A model generated the notes under the pieces. It did no database searches, had not been told where the DNA came from, and saw only the letters and a list, made by a program, of their open reading frames with translations. Position numbers and translations under genes: made by a program. 64,000 nucleotides of DNA from Candidatus Altimarinota bacterium (lineage in GTDB: Bacteria; Patescibacteriota; Gracilibacteria; UBA4473), in assembly GCA_965231215.1 (NCBI GenBank), contig OZ246423.1:896001-960000 (forward strand), written 5' to 3'. Shown piece by piece: positions 30,957-40,898 of the stretch (position 1 is its first letter; each line of letters begins with the position of its first letter).

Positions 30957-33407
30957 ATGCGGTTTTTGTGGTTTTTTGCTTTTTTTGCTTCTTTTTGCCT
31001 AAGTGGTTTGGCCTTAGCTCAAACGACTTCGTTAAAAATAGTACAGCCTGAAAATATTCGCAGAGTTCCTACTTTAGAAGTACAACCACTTCAAATTTTG
31101 TTAAAAAAACCACATCCAGATATCCCTCTATCTGGAGAAATTTTAGCTCGAAAGCCTTTGAAAGCGAAAGGTATACAGTTTTCTTTGTACAATGATCAAG
31201 GGGCTAAAGTGTGGGAAGATGAGCTAAACTTAGAATATAAAATTTCTAAAATTATTGCGTTTTACTATTCAGACTTAGAGGTGTTTGGCGAATTGACCTT
31301 GAGTGTGAAAGCCTATGATGAATTTTCTAATACTATTGGAGCTGGAGAGCGGAAGATAGTGTTTCCAAAAGGAACCAAAAAGCCAGAAATTTTACACGCT
31401 GATAGTTACCTCTCTGAAGATCGTAAATTACAGTTTTCGCTGTTTGTACAAAACGGAGCCTTTGATCAGATATTATTTCCTCAGGTAAAGGTTTATAGTC
31501 AGGCTATCAATGATGAAAATTTGGTCATTAGCTATGACGCTACTCCTCTGCGTTTGCGCCCAGAACAAAAGCAAAAGATAGAGTTTGCCCTAGAAGAATT
31601 TTTGGCACCAGGAGTCTACGCTACAGAAGTAGGGTTAATAGATTTTAGGACTCAAAAACAAATTTCAGGCCTGCGTACTGACCAAATTTTTAATGATGGG
31701 GATTATTTAAAAATACTCAGCTTTGATAGCTTTGTGGACGAAGAAAATCCACAAAAAGCCGAAGTCAAACTCTTTGGCCTGGCGGTTATTCCAGATGAAG
31801 TCACACTTATGGCCAAAGTGGTGATTAACGTAAAAGGGGAAGTTTTATTTGATAAAACGATTCCCGTTCCCTTGGAGCAGGGATATTTTTCTCAAAATTT
31901 AAAGTTGGATTTTCCAAAACCAATTGATGGTTTTGATGGCACCTTACAGTTTTTCATGGGAAATGAGTTGTTACTTAACAAAGATTTTTCAGTTAATGGA
32001 GAGGGATATGATCCTTTGGTAGCCAACTATCAAGAAACCGAAACCTCGGTGGAAGGATCTGAACCCACTAAGGTGAAACGGACACGCCCAGCTAAAACCA
32101 AAAAAATTCTTTGGTGGGAAGAGTTTAAAGCCTCCCCTAAATTGTGGATGGCAGCAGTTGGAGGGGTTATGGTGTTATTGGCGTTAGTGATACTGATTAA
32201 ATCTAAGGGGCTAGGGTTAATGCTCTTTTTTGTAGGGATGTGTTTGTTTATGTTTGGGATAAGTCAAAAATTGTTAGCGGCCAATTCGCAAACGCGCGTA
32301 TTTCCAGTAATTGAATGGACGGACCCTAGCAGTAATCCCATTTGGGCCTTTAACCCTGAAAATGTGAGAGGCTTCCAAATCCTTCCCATAAAAGGACGAG
32401 TGTATAATTTTTTAAGTGGCAATAGCCTCTTTAAACAAAACCGTATAGATTCAATGCGATTTAATCTCTATAGTCCCAGTGGTAAATCTTATCAGTTCCC
32501 CATAAACTCTAAGGTATTAGTGCCAGAATCAGAAATATCGATTGATCAATCTAACGGAGCATATTCGTTTTTATTAGATTTAGGGAAACTTAATAATCTA
32601 TTTCCTATTGCCCAAGAGTCTCAATTGCTATGGGAAGATGGTGAATGGCAGATACAGTTACTTTTTCACTACAAAGACAAAGTGGAAAATATTGACTTCT
32701 GGTTTGCGACAGATCAGCGTAAATTTGGAAGCTTTATAGTAGATACAAAAGCTCCAGAATTAGAAGTGGCCTTTTTTAGCGCCAGTAACAAACCTTTGCA
32801 AAAAGGAAGATTCACCAATAAACCCGTTAGAGCTAAAATTAAATGTACTGATGAATTTGCTGGCTGTGCCGAAGATGAATTGGAGCTACTTATTAAAGGA
32901 AATTTCTGCTCAGATGAATCTAAATGTAATACCGAGGCCTCAAGATATATCCAGGTTTGTGATACGGTTGAAAATTGTACCCAAAAAGAAATTATCGTAG
33001 ATTTTTATGATCCAGTCCCCCCCAAACTCTTTGACTTTAACTTTGATAATAAGCTCTCGATACCTGTAAAAAGTATTTTTGATATTTATGTGCGATACGT
33101 AGATCCGGCTACAGTAGAGGATGAACAAGAGTTGGAGCAATGGTTTGAAGATTCACTGTGTACCGACAATCGATTTTTTGTAGAAGATCAAGCTACTGGA
33201 TTCTGTAAAGAAAAAAACCAGACCTGTATTACAAAAGACACCTCTACTCTCTTCAGAGGGAAGGTTGATTCACAGGCAAATTGTAGTGTGGAATGTCCCG
33301 CGGGATATGAATTTAGAGAGGGACTTTGTCTTAGAGAGTGTGGATATAATCAGTTTAAAGACGGGCAAGTGTGTTTTCCCTGGAATTTAGCCCCTCCTGC
33401 GTCATGA
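30957..33407 (+). CDS. Large exported hypothetical protein with internal TM pair and Cys-rich C-terminus
   Basis: 816-aa ORF with signal peptide, mid-protein hydrophobic segments and many C-terminal Cys. Confidence 0.75.
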   Translation: MRFLWFFAFFASFCLSGLALAQTTSLKIVQPENIRRVPTLEVQPLQILLKKPHPDIPLSGEILARKPLKAKGIQFSLYNDQGAKVWEDELNLEYKISKIIAFYYSDLEVFGELTLSVKAYDEFSNTIGAGERKIVFPKGTKKPEILHADSYLSEDRKLQFSLFVQNGAFDQILFPQVKVYSQAINDENLVISYDATPLRLRPEQKQKIEFALEEFLAPGVYATEVGLIDFRTQKQISGLRTDQIFNDGDYLKILSFDSFVDEENPQKAEVKLFGLAVIPDEVTLMAKVVINVKGEVLFDKTIPVPLEQGYFSQNLKLDFPKPIDGFDGTLQFFMGNELLLNKDFSVNGEGYDPLVANYQETETSVEGSEPTKVKRTRPAKTKKILWWEEFKASPKLWMAAVGGVMVLLALVILIKSKGLGLMLFFVGMCLFMFGISQKLLAANSQTRVFPVIEWTDPSSNPIWAFNPENVRGFQILPIKGRVYNFLSGNSLFKQNRIDSMRFNLYSPSGKSYQFPINSKVLVPESEISIDQSNGAYSFLLDLGKLNNLFPIAQESQLLWEDGEWQIQLLFHYKDKVENIDFWFATDQRKFGSFIVDTKAPELEVAFFSASNKPLQKGRFTNKPVRAKIKCTDEFAGCAEDELELLIKGNFCSDESKCNTEASRYIQVCDTVENCTQKEIIVDFYDPVPPKLFDFNFDNKLSIPVKSIFDIYVRYVDPATVEDEQELEQWFEDSLCTDNRFFVEDQATGFCKEKNQTCITKDTSTLFRGKVDSQANCSVECPAGYEFREGLCLRECGYNQFKDGQVCFPWNLAPPAS

Positions 33408-35620
33408 AAATATTTTTAATGCTAGCGTTGATGTTTTTCCCCTGGGCAACCTGGGCGAAACTTTCGGTGCCAAATTCGGGGATTGATTGGAAAAGGTCTA
33501 CCCTGACTATTGAAAATTTTGAGACTGAACATGAAAGCCACTTTGATCTCTTTAAATGTTTTCGCCAAGACGCTAAAAAACTACCGATAAAACTCACCTT
33601 TGAGAACCTAGGGTTCTCTGGAACCGATAGTGGACCTATCACCATAGTACAGGAATTTGAGACCAATCAGTGTTTTCAAACCGCTGGAAAATATGATCTT
33701 AAAATCCGTCTTTTTGATCTGGCGGGGAATGTGACAGAAACCTTGGTAAGTTTAGTGGTTTTACCTGGGCAGTTAAACCTGGATAAAAGTGAAATAGTTC
33801 CCTTGAGCACGAATCGTTATATTAAGCCTGGCTCCTTTGTAGAAAATATTTCTGATGACTGTAATAAAGCGCTTTTGGTAGCAAATAATCAGGACACTTG
33901 CCGTTTAAAGTTATTGGTAAAAGATGACTTTGGAAACATCATTAATGGGGATACAGTTACCAAAGATATTGGAGTAAATATAAAAAATAATAAGTGGAAC
34001 AATACCGTTATTGAAGTAGCGAGAAATCCAGAACAAGCCTTTTTGGCTGGGTTAAGGTTTGAGAACGATCAGACTGAGACTTTGCTTAAACTAAATGAAG
34101 CAGGGGATCTAAATTTTGACATCAAAGCGGCCATTCCTTCTCTCAATGTACACCCCAAAAAATTGGGAGAAATCCGGTACGGTCAAGCGGACACTTTTAG
34201 TTTGCCAGCGGTATTTGAGTTCTTTTCTCAGGACAAAATTGATGAAGATACATCTGAAAAAGAGCCGCCGCTGAAGAGTAAAGGGGTTGAAAAAAAAGTT
34301 CAGCTCACCTTCGAACCCTGGGTGAAAACTATGGTAGATATGGATAAAGAGACTCCACAACTACAGTATATACCTTTCAGGACTTGGACTTCTTTCCCTG
34401 TTCGGTTTACTACTTTTACCTCAAGTGTGTTACCAGCGCTATTTAATGTGAAATTTAAATCGATTATAAAAGAACCACTTAGTATTCAGTTCTTTAAAGA
34501 GGTAGCAGATGAAGAGCGACCAGAAGTGGAAGAAAAAGTGCTGAGCGTCCAAAACAATGAAAGTAATAACTACTCGACAGAGCTCAATATGAGGGTACAG
34601 GGGCCAGAACATTTATCGGTTAACAAACCTTTTGTATTACTCCCTTCAGTAATATATCCACTGCTTCATGAAGGCGAAAAGAAATTAGTAGAATATCCTA
34701 CCAACATTGTCTGGGGAGAATCAGGTAAAGATATGACCTTTACTATCTTGGGTATCAGAGCTGATATCGAAGGAAAAACTTCAAGTGCCAAAGATACCAG
34801 TGGGATCTTACTTTCTAGTAGTGGAGTTTATAGAGATGCACGTGAAGAAATTACTCGTAATGCGTTTACCATGGTTCGTGGGCGAACTCCAAAAGCGGTA
34901 ACGGAATTTAATGTAAACAAAGATTTTGAGGAAGACTATGATGTGATCTTTATTAAGGATCAAACAGTAAAACTTACGGGCGATGGAGAAGATGATTCTC
35001 CGATTGTATTTGATCAAGGCACTAAAACTATATTGATAGAAGATGGAAATTTATTGATCGATAGAGACATGGTTTATGGAGGGAATGAGGACTCACTTGG
35101 CATTATTATGGTCAATAAAAATACAAATAATCGAGTCGATGGAAATGTATTTGTAAATGCTAGAGTTCAAGAATTTGTAGGAACCTACTTTTTAGATGGA
35201 AGTTTGATGAGTACCGAAAAATTTCAAACCCCGAGTGTTTCTGACGATATAGAAAACAGAACCATTAGTAATAATGAAAATCCTAATGCGCCTTTAGGAT
35301 TGCAACTAGTTTTAAACGGAACCATCATTTCCCAAAACACTATTGGTGGAGCAGATCAAAGTCCCTCTATGGGCCCATGGGGGAAACCTTTAGATCGTGT
35401 TTTGGCTCTGCGGTATGATCTAAATTATATAAGGCGTTATGAACCAACACGAGATTTAAACAACGGAAGAATTGTGGATGACAGCTTTAATAGCTATTGC
35501 CGAAAAGTCGATGATAAATGTGATCCAAATCCATATGCGTTTGTTATACGTCCAGACGGGCGGATAAACGTGCTTCCGCCACCAGGGTTTTTAAGCGTTC
35601 CAGGTCTCAGCCTGAATTAG
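33404..35620 (+). CDS. Large exported hypothetical protein (C-terminal QL.LNG...NTIGG...RYDLNY motif)
   Basis: ATGA overlap with the previous gene; signal peptide MKIFLMLALMFFPWATWA; Ig-like segment DLAGNVT. Confidence 0.75.
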   Translation: MKIFLMLALMFFPWATWAKLSVPNSGIDWKRSTLTIENFETEHESHFDLFKCFRQDAKKLPIKLTFENLGFSGTDSGPITIVQEFETNQCFQTAGKYDLKIRLFDLAGNVTETLVSLVVLPGQLNLDKSEIVPLSTNRYIKPGSFVENISDDCNKALLVANNQDTCRLKLLVKDDFGNIINGDTVTKDIGVNIKNNKWNNTVIEVARNPEQAFLAGLRFENDQTETLLKLNEAGDLNFDIKAAIPSLNVHPKKLGEIRYGQADTFSLPAVFEFFSQDKIDEDTSEKEPPLKSKGVEKKVQLTFEPWVKTMVDMDKETPQLQYIPFRTWTSFPVRFTTFTSSVLPALFNVKFKSIIKEPLSIQFFKEVADEERPEVEEKVLSVQNNESNNYSTELNMRVQGPEHLSVNKPFVLLPSVIYPLLHEGEKKLVEYPTNIVWGESGKDMTFTILGIRADIEGKTSSAKDTSGILLSSSGVYRDAREEITRNAFTMVRGRTPKAVTEFNVNKDFEEDYDVIFIKDQTVKLTGDGEDDSPIVFDQGTKTILIEDGNLLIDRDMVYGGNEDSLGIIMVNKNTNNRVDGNVFVNARVQEFVGTYFLDGSLMSTEKFQTPSVSDDIENRTISNNENPNAPLGLQLVLNGTIISQNTIGGADQSPSMGPWGKPLDRVLALRYDLNYIRRYEPTRDLNNGRIVDDSFNSYCRKVDDKCDPNPYAFVIRPDGRINVLPPPGFLSVPGLSLN

Positions 35621-35664
35621 GCTTTGCAGATGTTATAAGGGCTCAGTATACTAAAAATTGTTAT

Positions 35665-36663
35665 ATGGAACTCAGTTTCTGGCATTGGGGAATTTTGGGA
35701 GGCATATTGTCTTGGTTTTTAACCTGGTGGAGTGTGAAGTTTTTTCCGCTTTTGGGCCTTTTGGACTTCCCTGAACGCTATGGCCTTAAAAGAGCTCGAA
35801 AGCCTTACCCCGGAGGTATAATGATTGTTTTTTTGAGTTTAGGTTTAATCTCTATTGACCTTCATTTTTGGCCTTTAATTTTGCCATTGATGATATTGGG
35901 AGGAATTTCTTTTATTGACGATAGGCAAGGGGTTTCTCCTTGGGTTCGGTTAGCGGTGCATTTGTGGTTGGCGACCTTTTTGTGGATGGTCGGAGTCAAG
36001 ATTTACTATGTGACGAATCCTTTTGCGGCTACCAACTTTGAAATTACACAAATATTCCCACATGTGGCCTTCTTTCTGACCATCTTTTGGATTGTAATGA
36101 TCCAAAATGCTATCAATTGGATGGACGGACTTCCCGGTTTGAGCGTCGGGGTTTCAGGTATAGGTTTTTTGACGCTTGGAGGCTTAGGGCTCTTTAAACC
36201 AGAACTGGCCTTTGATCCAGCGCACCAAACGCTCACTTTTGCCAATCTTTATTTAGCGGGTATTTGTGTAGGTGCTTTTTGGTTTTACTGGAAGGGAAAA
36301 ATTATCCTAGGCGATACGGGCTCCCAAATTTTAGGATTTTTGTTGGCGGTTATGGCTATTTTTTCTGGAGCCAAAATTGCGACAACACTGATGGTGCTTT
36401 GCATCCCTATTCTAGACTTTTTCTGGGTAATCTTTAGACGCTTAATTTTAGAAAAACGTTCTCCATTAAAGGGAGATACCAAACACCTGCATCATAATCT
36501 AGCCAAACATTTTAGTGCTGAAAACACGAGCCTCTTTTTAGTAGGAACCTCCGCACTGTTTGGAGCCATCGCTATTTTCCTTTCGGGAGCAGAAAAAATG
36601 TGGGCGTTTGGAGTCACCGCTTTATTGGTCTTGAGCCTAAATCTCTACTTATTTAAGAAGTAG
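35665..36663 (+). CDS. MraY/WecA-family polyprenyl-phosphate HexNAc-1-P transferase
   Basis: FIDD, NAINWMDGLPGL, LGDTGS, HLHH; multi-TM. Confidence 0.9.
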   Translation: MELSFWHWGILGGILSWFLTWWSVKFFPLLGLLDFPERYGLKRARKPYPGGIMIVFLSLGLISIDLHFWPLILPLMILGGISFIDDRQGVSPWVRLAVHLWLATFLWMVGVKIYYVTNPFAATNFEITQIFPHVAFFLTIFWIVMIQNAINWMDGLPGLSVGVSGIGFLTLGGLGLFKPELAFDPAHQTLTFANLYLAGICVGAFWFYWKGKIILGDTGSQILGFLLAVMAIFSGAKIATTLMVLCIPILDFFWVIFRRLILEKRSPLKGDTKHLHHNLAKHFSAENTSLFLVGTSALFGAIAIFLSGAEKMWAFGVTALLVLSLNLYLFKK

Positions 36664-36665
36664 TT

Positions 36666-37559
36666 TTAGCTAGCAGAAGCGTCGTAAATACTCTGAATGG
36701 AGTTGTTGAGTGTGTCTGAGAATTCAGCATCACTTTGTTGGGCCGACAACCCTTCACTCAGGGCTCGAGAGAAACTGGCTACCATGCCGTTGTTTTCACT
36801 AAGGCGTCGATTCGCTTCGTCTCGAGAGTATCCGCCAGAGAGAGCGACTACCTTCACCACATTTGGATGTGCTTGGCAGTCAGCGTAGTGATTTGGTTTT
36901 TCTGGAAGCGTAAGTTTAAACATTACCAATTGGTCTTCATCAAGCCGACTAAGTTCGTCGAGCAAGGCCTCTCGAAGTAGTACTTCACAATCAGCTTTAT
37001 CAGGGGCATGAATGTCTACTTCAGGTTCAATAATAGGAACCAATCCATGAGCAATAATCTGTGCCCCCACCTCAAACTGTTGCGCCACAATGGCGGCAAT
37101 TCCGTCTGGGTCAGCTGACTTAATCACAGAACGCATTTTAGTGCCGAAGATTCCGGCGGCTTTGGCTCGTGTCAGCAGAGCGTCTAGCTCTGGCATAGGT
37201 TTCATCATTTGTACTCCATGGGCTTGTTCAGCGAGTCCTTTATCTACTTTGAGGAATGGAACCACATTCTTTTGTTCCCAAAGGTAAGTGGCAGTAGGGA
37301 TTCCTTCAACCTTCCTATCCATGGTCATTTCAAAGAGAATCGCTCCGAAAATTCGATCCCCCTCAAAGCTTTGGTCAGTCATGATCCTGGTTCTCATTTG
37401 ATGAATCCTATCAAACATTTCATCTTCTCCCGAATATTGATCGGCATCAACGCCATAGAGCTTTAAAGCCTTCGGCGTACTACCACCACTTTGGTCTAAA
37501 GCGGCAATAAAACCATGAGAATTACGAATTTTTTGGAGTTGATCGTCAAAGGTAGACAT
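36666..37559 (-). CDS. Fructose-bisphosphate aldolase class I (bacterial type)
   Basis: [50 protein letters not shown]. Confidence 0.93.
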   Translation of the reverse strand: MSTFDDQLQKIRNSHGFIAALDQSGGSTPKALKLYGVDADQYSGEDEMFDRIHQMRTRIMTDQSFEGDRIFGAILFEMTMDRKVEGIPTATYLWEQKNVVPFLKVDKGLAEQAHGVQMMKPMPELDALLTRAKAAGIFGTKMRSVIKSADPDGIAAIVAQQFEVGAQIIAHGLVPIIEPEVDIHAPDKADCEVLLREALLDELSRLDEDQLVMFKLTLPEKPNHYADCQAHPNVVKVVALSGGYSRDEANRRLSENNGMVASFSRALSEGLSAQQSDAEFSDTLNNSIQSIYDASAS

Positions 37560-37657
37560 GTTTGTGGAGGATAAATTTCGTTTAAATTTTGTTCAATTTA
37601 GATGAAAAAGTCGAGCAATTTTTATAAAATTTGTTACACTTGCTTTTGAAATTAAAA

Positions 37658-37990
37658 ATGCCCGATTGTCAAAAATGCGATTGTAGTGGAAATTCTCCAC
37701 TTTTTAAAGCCTTAGACACCATTGCAAAACGGTGGTCTTTGTTGATTCTGATGACCATTCATAACGGAGAAGAAAACTACAATGCGATACAAAGAGCTAT
37801 CCCAGAGATAAATACTCGCATTCTCTCCCAAAGGCTTAAAGAACTAGAGACTGAAGGGTATATAGAAAAATTTACTGATAAAAAAAATATCCGAAAAACC
37901 AGCTATAAACTCAGCCAAAAAAGCTTAGATCTCAAGCCTATAATGATGGATATGTCCAAGTGGGCTGGCAAATGGGATTCCAAGGCCTAG
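37658..37990 (+). CDS. HxlR-family winged-helix transcriptional regulator
   Basis: AL..I.KRWSLLIL, ..RILSQRLKELE..G; divergent from aldolase. Confidence 0.85.
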   Translation: MPDCQKCDCSGNSPLFKALDTIAKRWSLLILMTIHNGEENYNAIQRAIPEINTRILSQRLKELETEGYIEKFTDKKNIRKTSYKLSQKSLDLKPIMMDMSKWAGKWDSKA

Positions 37991-38093
37991 AAAACACTGT
38001 ATTTTTTGTTGCTTTAAACTACTCGCTTTTTAAAACTTAGAGTGAGAACACATTGATTCCAGAAATTTTTCATTTATATTTGTGTTTCGAAGT

Positions 38094-39341
38094 ATGCAGT
38101 TTGAAAAATTTAAGAACGCTCAAAATATTTGTATCTATGGATATGGAGTTGAGGGAAAATCCTCAGAACATTTTTTATCACAACATTTTCCACATCTAAA
38201 TATTCAGATATTTGAGGATAGTGATGGCCAAACTTTAGATTGGGAGGCTTTTGATATAGTCATTAAGAGCCCTGGGATTCCGCCCAGTCATGTGCCTCCT
38301 GAGCACGTAAATAAAGTCACTTCTAATATTCGTATTTTTCTCGCTAACCTGCCGGAAGAAAGGCGGATGAAAGTCATTGGGATCACAGGATCAAAGGGGA
38401 AATCAACCACGACCAAATTCTGTCATGAATTGCTTAATCAATGTGGGAGAAAAGCCGTTATTGGAGGGAACTTTGGGACGCCATTTTTGGATATATTTAA
38501 TGATTTTATAAAAGGGGAGTACGAATTTGTGGTAGCAGAGTGTTCAAGCTTTCAGCTCTATGACTTGGATATTTCACCTGGGATAGCCATTTTTCTTTCT
38601 TTCTTCCCAGACCATCTAGACTGGCATGGAACTCAAAAAAAATACTTAGAAGCCAAAAAAAATCTCTGGGCTCACCAAAAATTAGGGAATGTGTTTCTCA
38701 TTACTCCAGCAGTGCAAGATATAACTCAAGGAGGACATGTATGTGAAAAGCCCGCTACTAGATTATTCCCTGAAAAGGCTATTTTGCAGGCGGATCACTT
38801 TCGGCAAAATTTAGGAACGATCTGGACTTTAGGAGAAATTTTGGAACTCCCCAATTTAGAACGAAACTGGCAAAAAGTAGCCGAAAATTTTGAAATGATT
38901 GAACACCGTTTAGAACGTTTTGCTCAAAAAAAAGGGATTACATTTTATAATGACTCGATTGCTACAAGTCCAGAGGCAGTAGAGGTAGCGATTAAATTTT
39001 TTGGGTCCCAGTTGGGCACCCTTATTTTGTGTGGTCAAGATACCGGAATTGGAGGGTTTGGAGGCGTTGTAGAAAATCTAAAGCGATACGCCCCTCAAGC
39101 CAAAGTTTTACTTATAGACTCAGGGGTCTCTGAAAAATTTATAAACGTGGCTCAGGATCAAAATTTTGAGGCTTTCCAGGTCTGTGAAGATATACAGACG
39201 GTGGTTTCTCAAAGTTTCGAAATTACACCTCAAAATTCAGTCTGTTTATTCAGTCCAGGAGGCAAAAGTTTTGATCAGTTTGAAAATTACAGAATACGCG
39301 GTCGAGTTTTTAAAGAATCTGTGAATAATTATGGAATATGA
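38094..39341 (+). CDS. murD: UDP-N-acetylmuramoyl-L-alanine--D-glutamate ligase
   Basis: KSPGI, GITGSKGKSTT, GGNFG, E.SSFQL, DHLDWH, HRLE, NDSIAT, SFDQFENY..RG. Confidence 0.93.
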   Translation: MQFEKFKNAQNICIYGYGVEGKSSEHFLSQHFPHLNIQIFEDSDGQTLDWEAFDIVIKSPGIPPSHVPPEHVNKVTSNIRIFLANLPEERRMKVIGITGSKGKSTTTKFCHELLNQCGRKAVIGGNFGTPFLDIFNDFIKGEYEFVVAECSSFQLYDLDISPGIAIFLSFFPDHLDWHGTQKKYLEAKKNLWAHQKLGNVFLITPAVQDITQGGHVCEKPATRLFPEKAILQADHFRQNLGTIWTLGEILELPNLERNWQKVAENFEMIEHRLERFAQKKGITFYNDSIATSPEAVEVAIKFFGSQLGTLILCGQDTGIGGFGGVVENLKRYAPQAKVLLIDSGVSEKFINVAQDQNFEAFQVCEDIQTVVSQSFEITPQNSVCLFSPGGKSFDQFENYRIRGRVFKESVNNYGI

Positions 39342-39619
39342 AACTAGTAAAGAAAATTCAGTCTAAACTTTTAGATCACTACAAACAGGTATTGGTTTTT
39401 GATGAAAGAGGGGATGGGCACTTTGTCCAAATAATCTGTGTTGATGTTGGATTTGAAGGGAAATCTTTACTGGTAAAATCACGAGAGATTTTTACTCATT
39501 TAGGGAATGAAAAGTCAAAAGTTCACGCCCTTTCGGTAAAAGGATTTACCCCGGCAGAGTGGGAGGTAAAGTCCAAAGATTTCGAACTTATTAAATATCA
39601 GCACTACCCAAAATCATAA
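39338..39619 (+). CDS. BolA-family protein
   Basis: GDGHF.....FEGKSL.....I...L....HALS...TP.EW; adjacent to monothiol glutaredoxin. Confidence 0.8.
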   Translation: MKLVKKIQSKLLDHYKQVLVFDERGDGHFVQIICVDVGFEGKSLLVKSREIFTHLGNEKSKVHALSVKGFTPAEWEVKSKDFELIKYQHYPKS

Positions 39620-39933
39620 TGAACCAACTCTATCCGCATTCAGAAATTCAAACACTCATAGAGTCACACAAAGTAATTATCTTTGGGAAAGGCGATAAAA
39701 CCCAGCCTATGTGTGGTTTCACCGCCCGGGTGCAGGAAGTGTTTGAAACCCTCCCATACGATTATCACATGGTGAATGTATTAGAGGAACCAGCACTGCG
39801 ACAAGAACTCAAAACTTTTTCAGACTGGCCCACCTTTCCTCAAGTCTATATCCACCAAGAATTTGTGGGGGGATGTGATATTATTTTAGAAATGCATGCA
39901 GAAAAACAACTCCAAGAGTTATTAAAAGCTTGA
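39619..39933 (+). CDS. grxD: Monothiol glutaredoxin (Grx4 family)
   Basis: KG...PMCGFT, LK.FSDWPTFPQVYI..EFVGGCDI. Confidence 0.9.
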   Translation: MNQLYPHSEIQTLIESHKVIIFGKGDKTQPMCGFTARVQEVFETLPYDYHMVNVLEEPALRQELKTFSDWPTFPQVYIHQEFVGGCDIILEMHAEKQLQELLKA

Positions 39934-39946
39934 ATTTTTTTAAGCA

Positions 39947-40126
39947 CTAGAAGTCGTCGTCTTCTGAGAACAATTTAATCCGAATAGGGTCTTGTTGGGT
40001 GACCAAAATTTCAGCTCCACAAAGAGGACACTCCAATACTTCATCTTCATGAATATCAGAGGTTTCTACCTCAAATCGTCCGCGACAATCGGGGCAATAA
40101 AGTGAAACGAGGGTTTCAAAGTCCAT
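39947..40126 (-). CDS. LysW-like small zinc-ribbon protein (59 aa, not in ORF track)
   Basis: Manual translation MDFETLVSLYCPDCRGRFEVETSDIHEDEVLECPLCGAEILVTQQDPIRIKLFSEDDDF. Confidence 0.75.
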   Translation of the reverse strand: MDFETLVSLYCPDCRGRFEVETSDIHEDEVLECPLCGAEILVTQQDPIRIKLFSEDDDF

Positions 40127-40239
40127 ATGTGTGGGAAAAAGACTTGTCTGGATTTTTTTACCGTTTTTTGGGGCAATTGCAAATTTTTGGCAGCAATGAG
40201 CCGGAATGTGGTTGAGGGTTTTTTAGGATATGGTTTTGA

Positions 40240-40812
40240 TTACTTTTCTATATTTTTATTTTTTGTAATCACCATAATTCCATCATCCAAGTCTAGAGGA
40301 TGTATTTCGTAGTGCCACTCGGTTTGCGATTCTAAAAAATTCCAAAAAGCCTCCATCTTGTACCGAAATTTTAGCACATCATCTACCACAATTATTCCAC
40401 CAGAATTAAGTTTGGGGGTACAAATCTCAAAAAATTCTAAGGTGCTTTTTTTAATGCCATCAATAAAGATGAAATCAAACATCTGATCCATATTTTGAAT
40501 AATTTCTTGAGCTCTTCCAAAGTGCATAGTGACATTTGTAAGTCCTGTGGTAGCAATATTTTCTTGAGCTATTTTAAAGCTAGGGGTGGAGTGATCTATG
40601 GTATGGATATGGCCTTTGGTAGTTTCTAAAGCATCAGCAATCCAGATAGTGGAATAGGCATGAGCACATCCAATCTCTAAAACCGATTGGCATTTTTTTT
40701 CCAGAATAAGCGTATGCAAAAATTTAGCTACTTCAATAGAGATGCTCGGTACATCTCCAGCGAGATCTTTAACTTTTAGTTTTTCTAAAAACGTGGTGCG
40801 TTTTTCCTCCAT
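40240..40812 (-). CDS. O-methyltransferase (Methyltransf_3/YrrM-like)
   Basis: VLEIGCAHAYSTIW, FDFIFIDG.K, GGIIVVDDV. Confidence 0.87.
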   Translation of the reverse strand: MEEKRTTFLEKLKVKDLAGDVPSISIEVAKFLHTLILEKKCQSVLEIGCAHAYSTIWIADALETTKGHIHTIDHSTPSFKIAQENIATTGLTNVTMHFGRAQEIIQNMDQMFDFIFIDGIKKSTLEFFEICTPKLNSGGIIVVDDVLKFRYKMEAFWNFLESQTEWHYEIHPLDLDDGIMVITKNKNIEK

Positions 40813-40898
40813 ATGCAGAAGTATTGTACCCTCTATCCAAAATTTGTAATAGTCTAGGATTTATTTCTAATTTATTACTAAGCACTCATAAAACTTAA

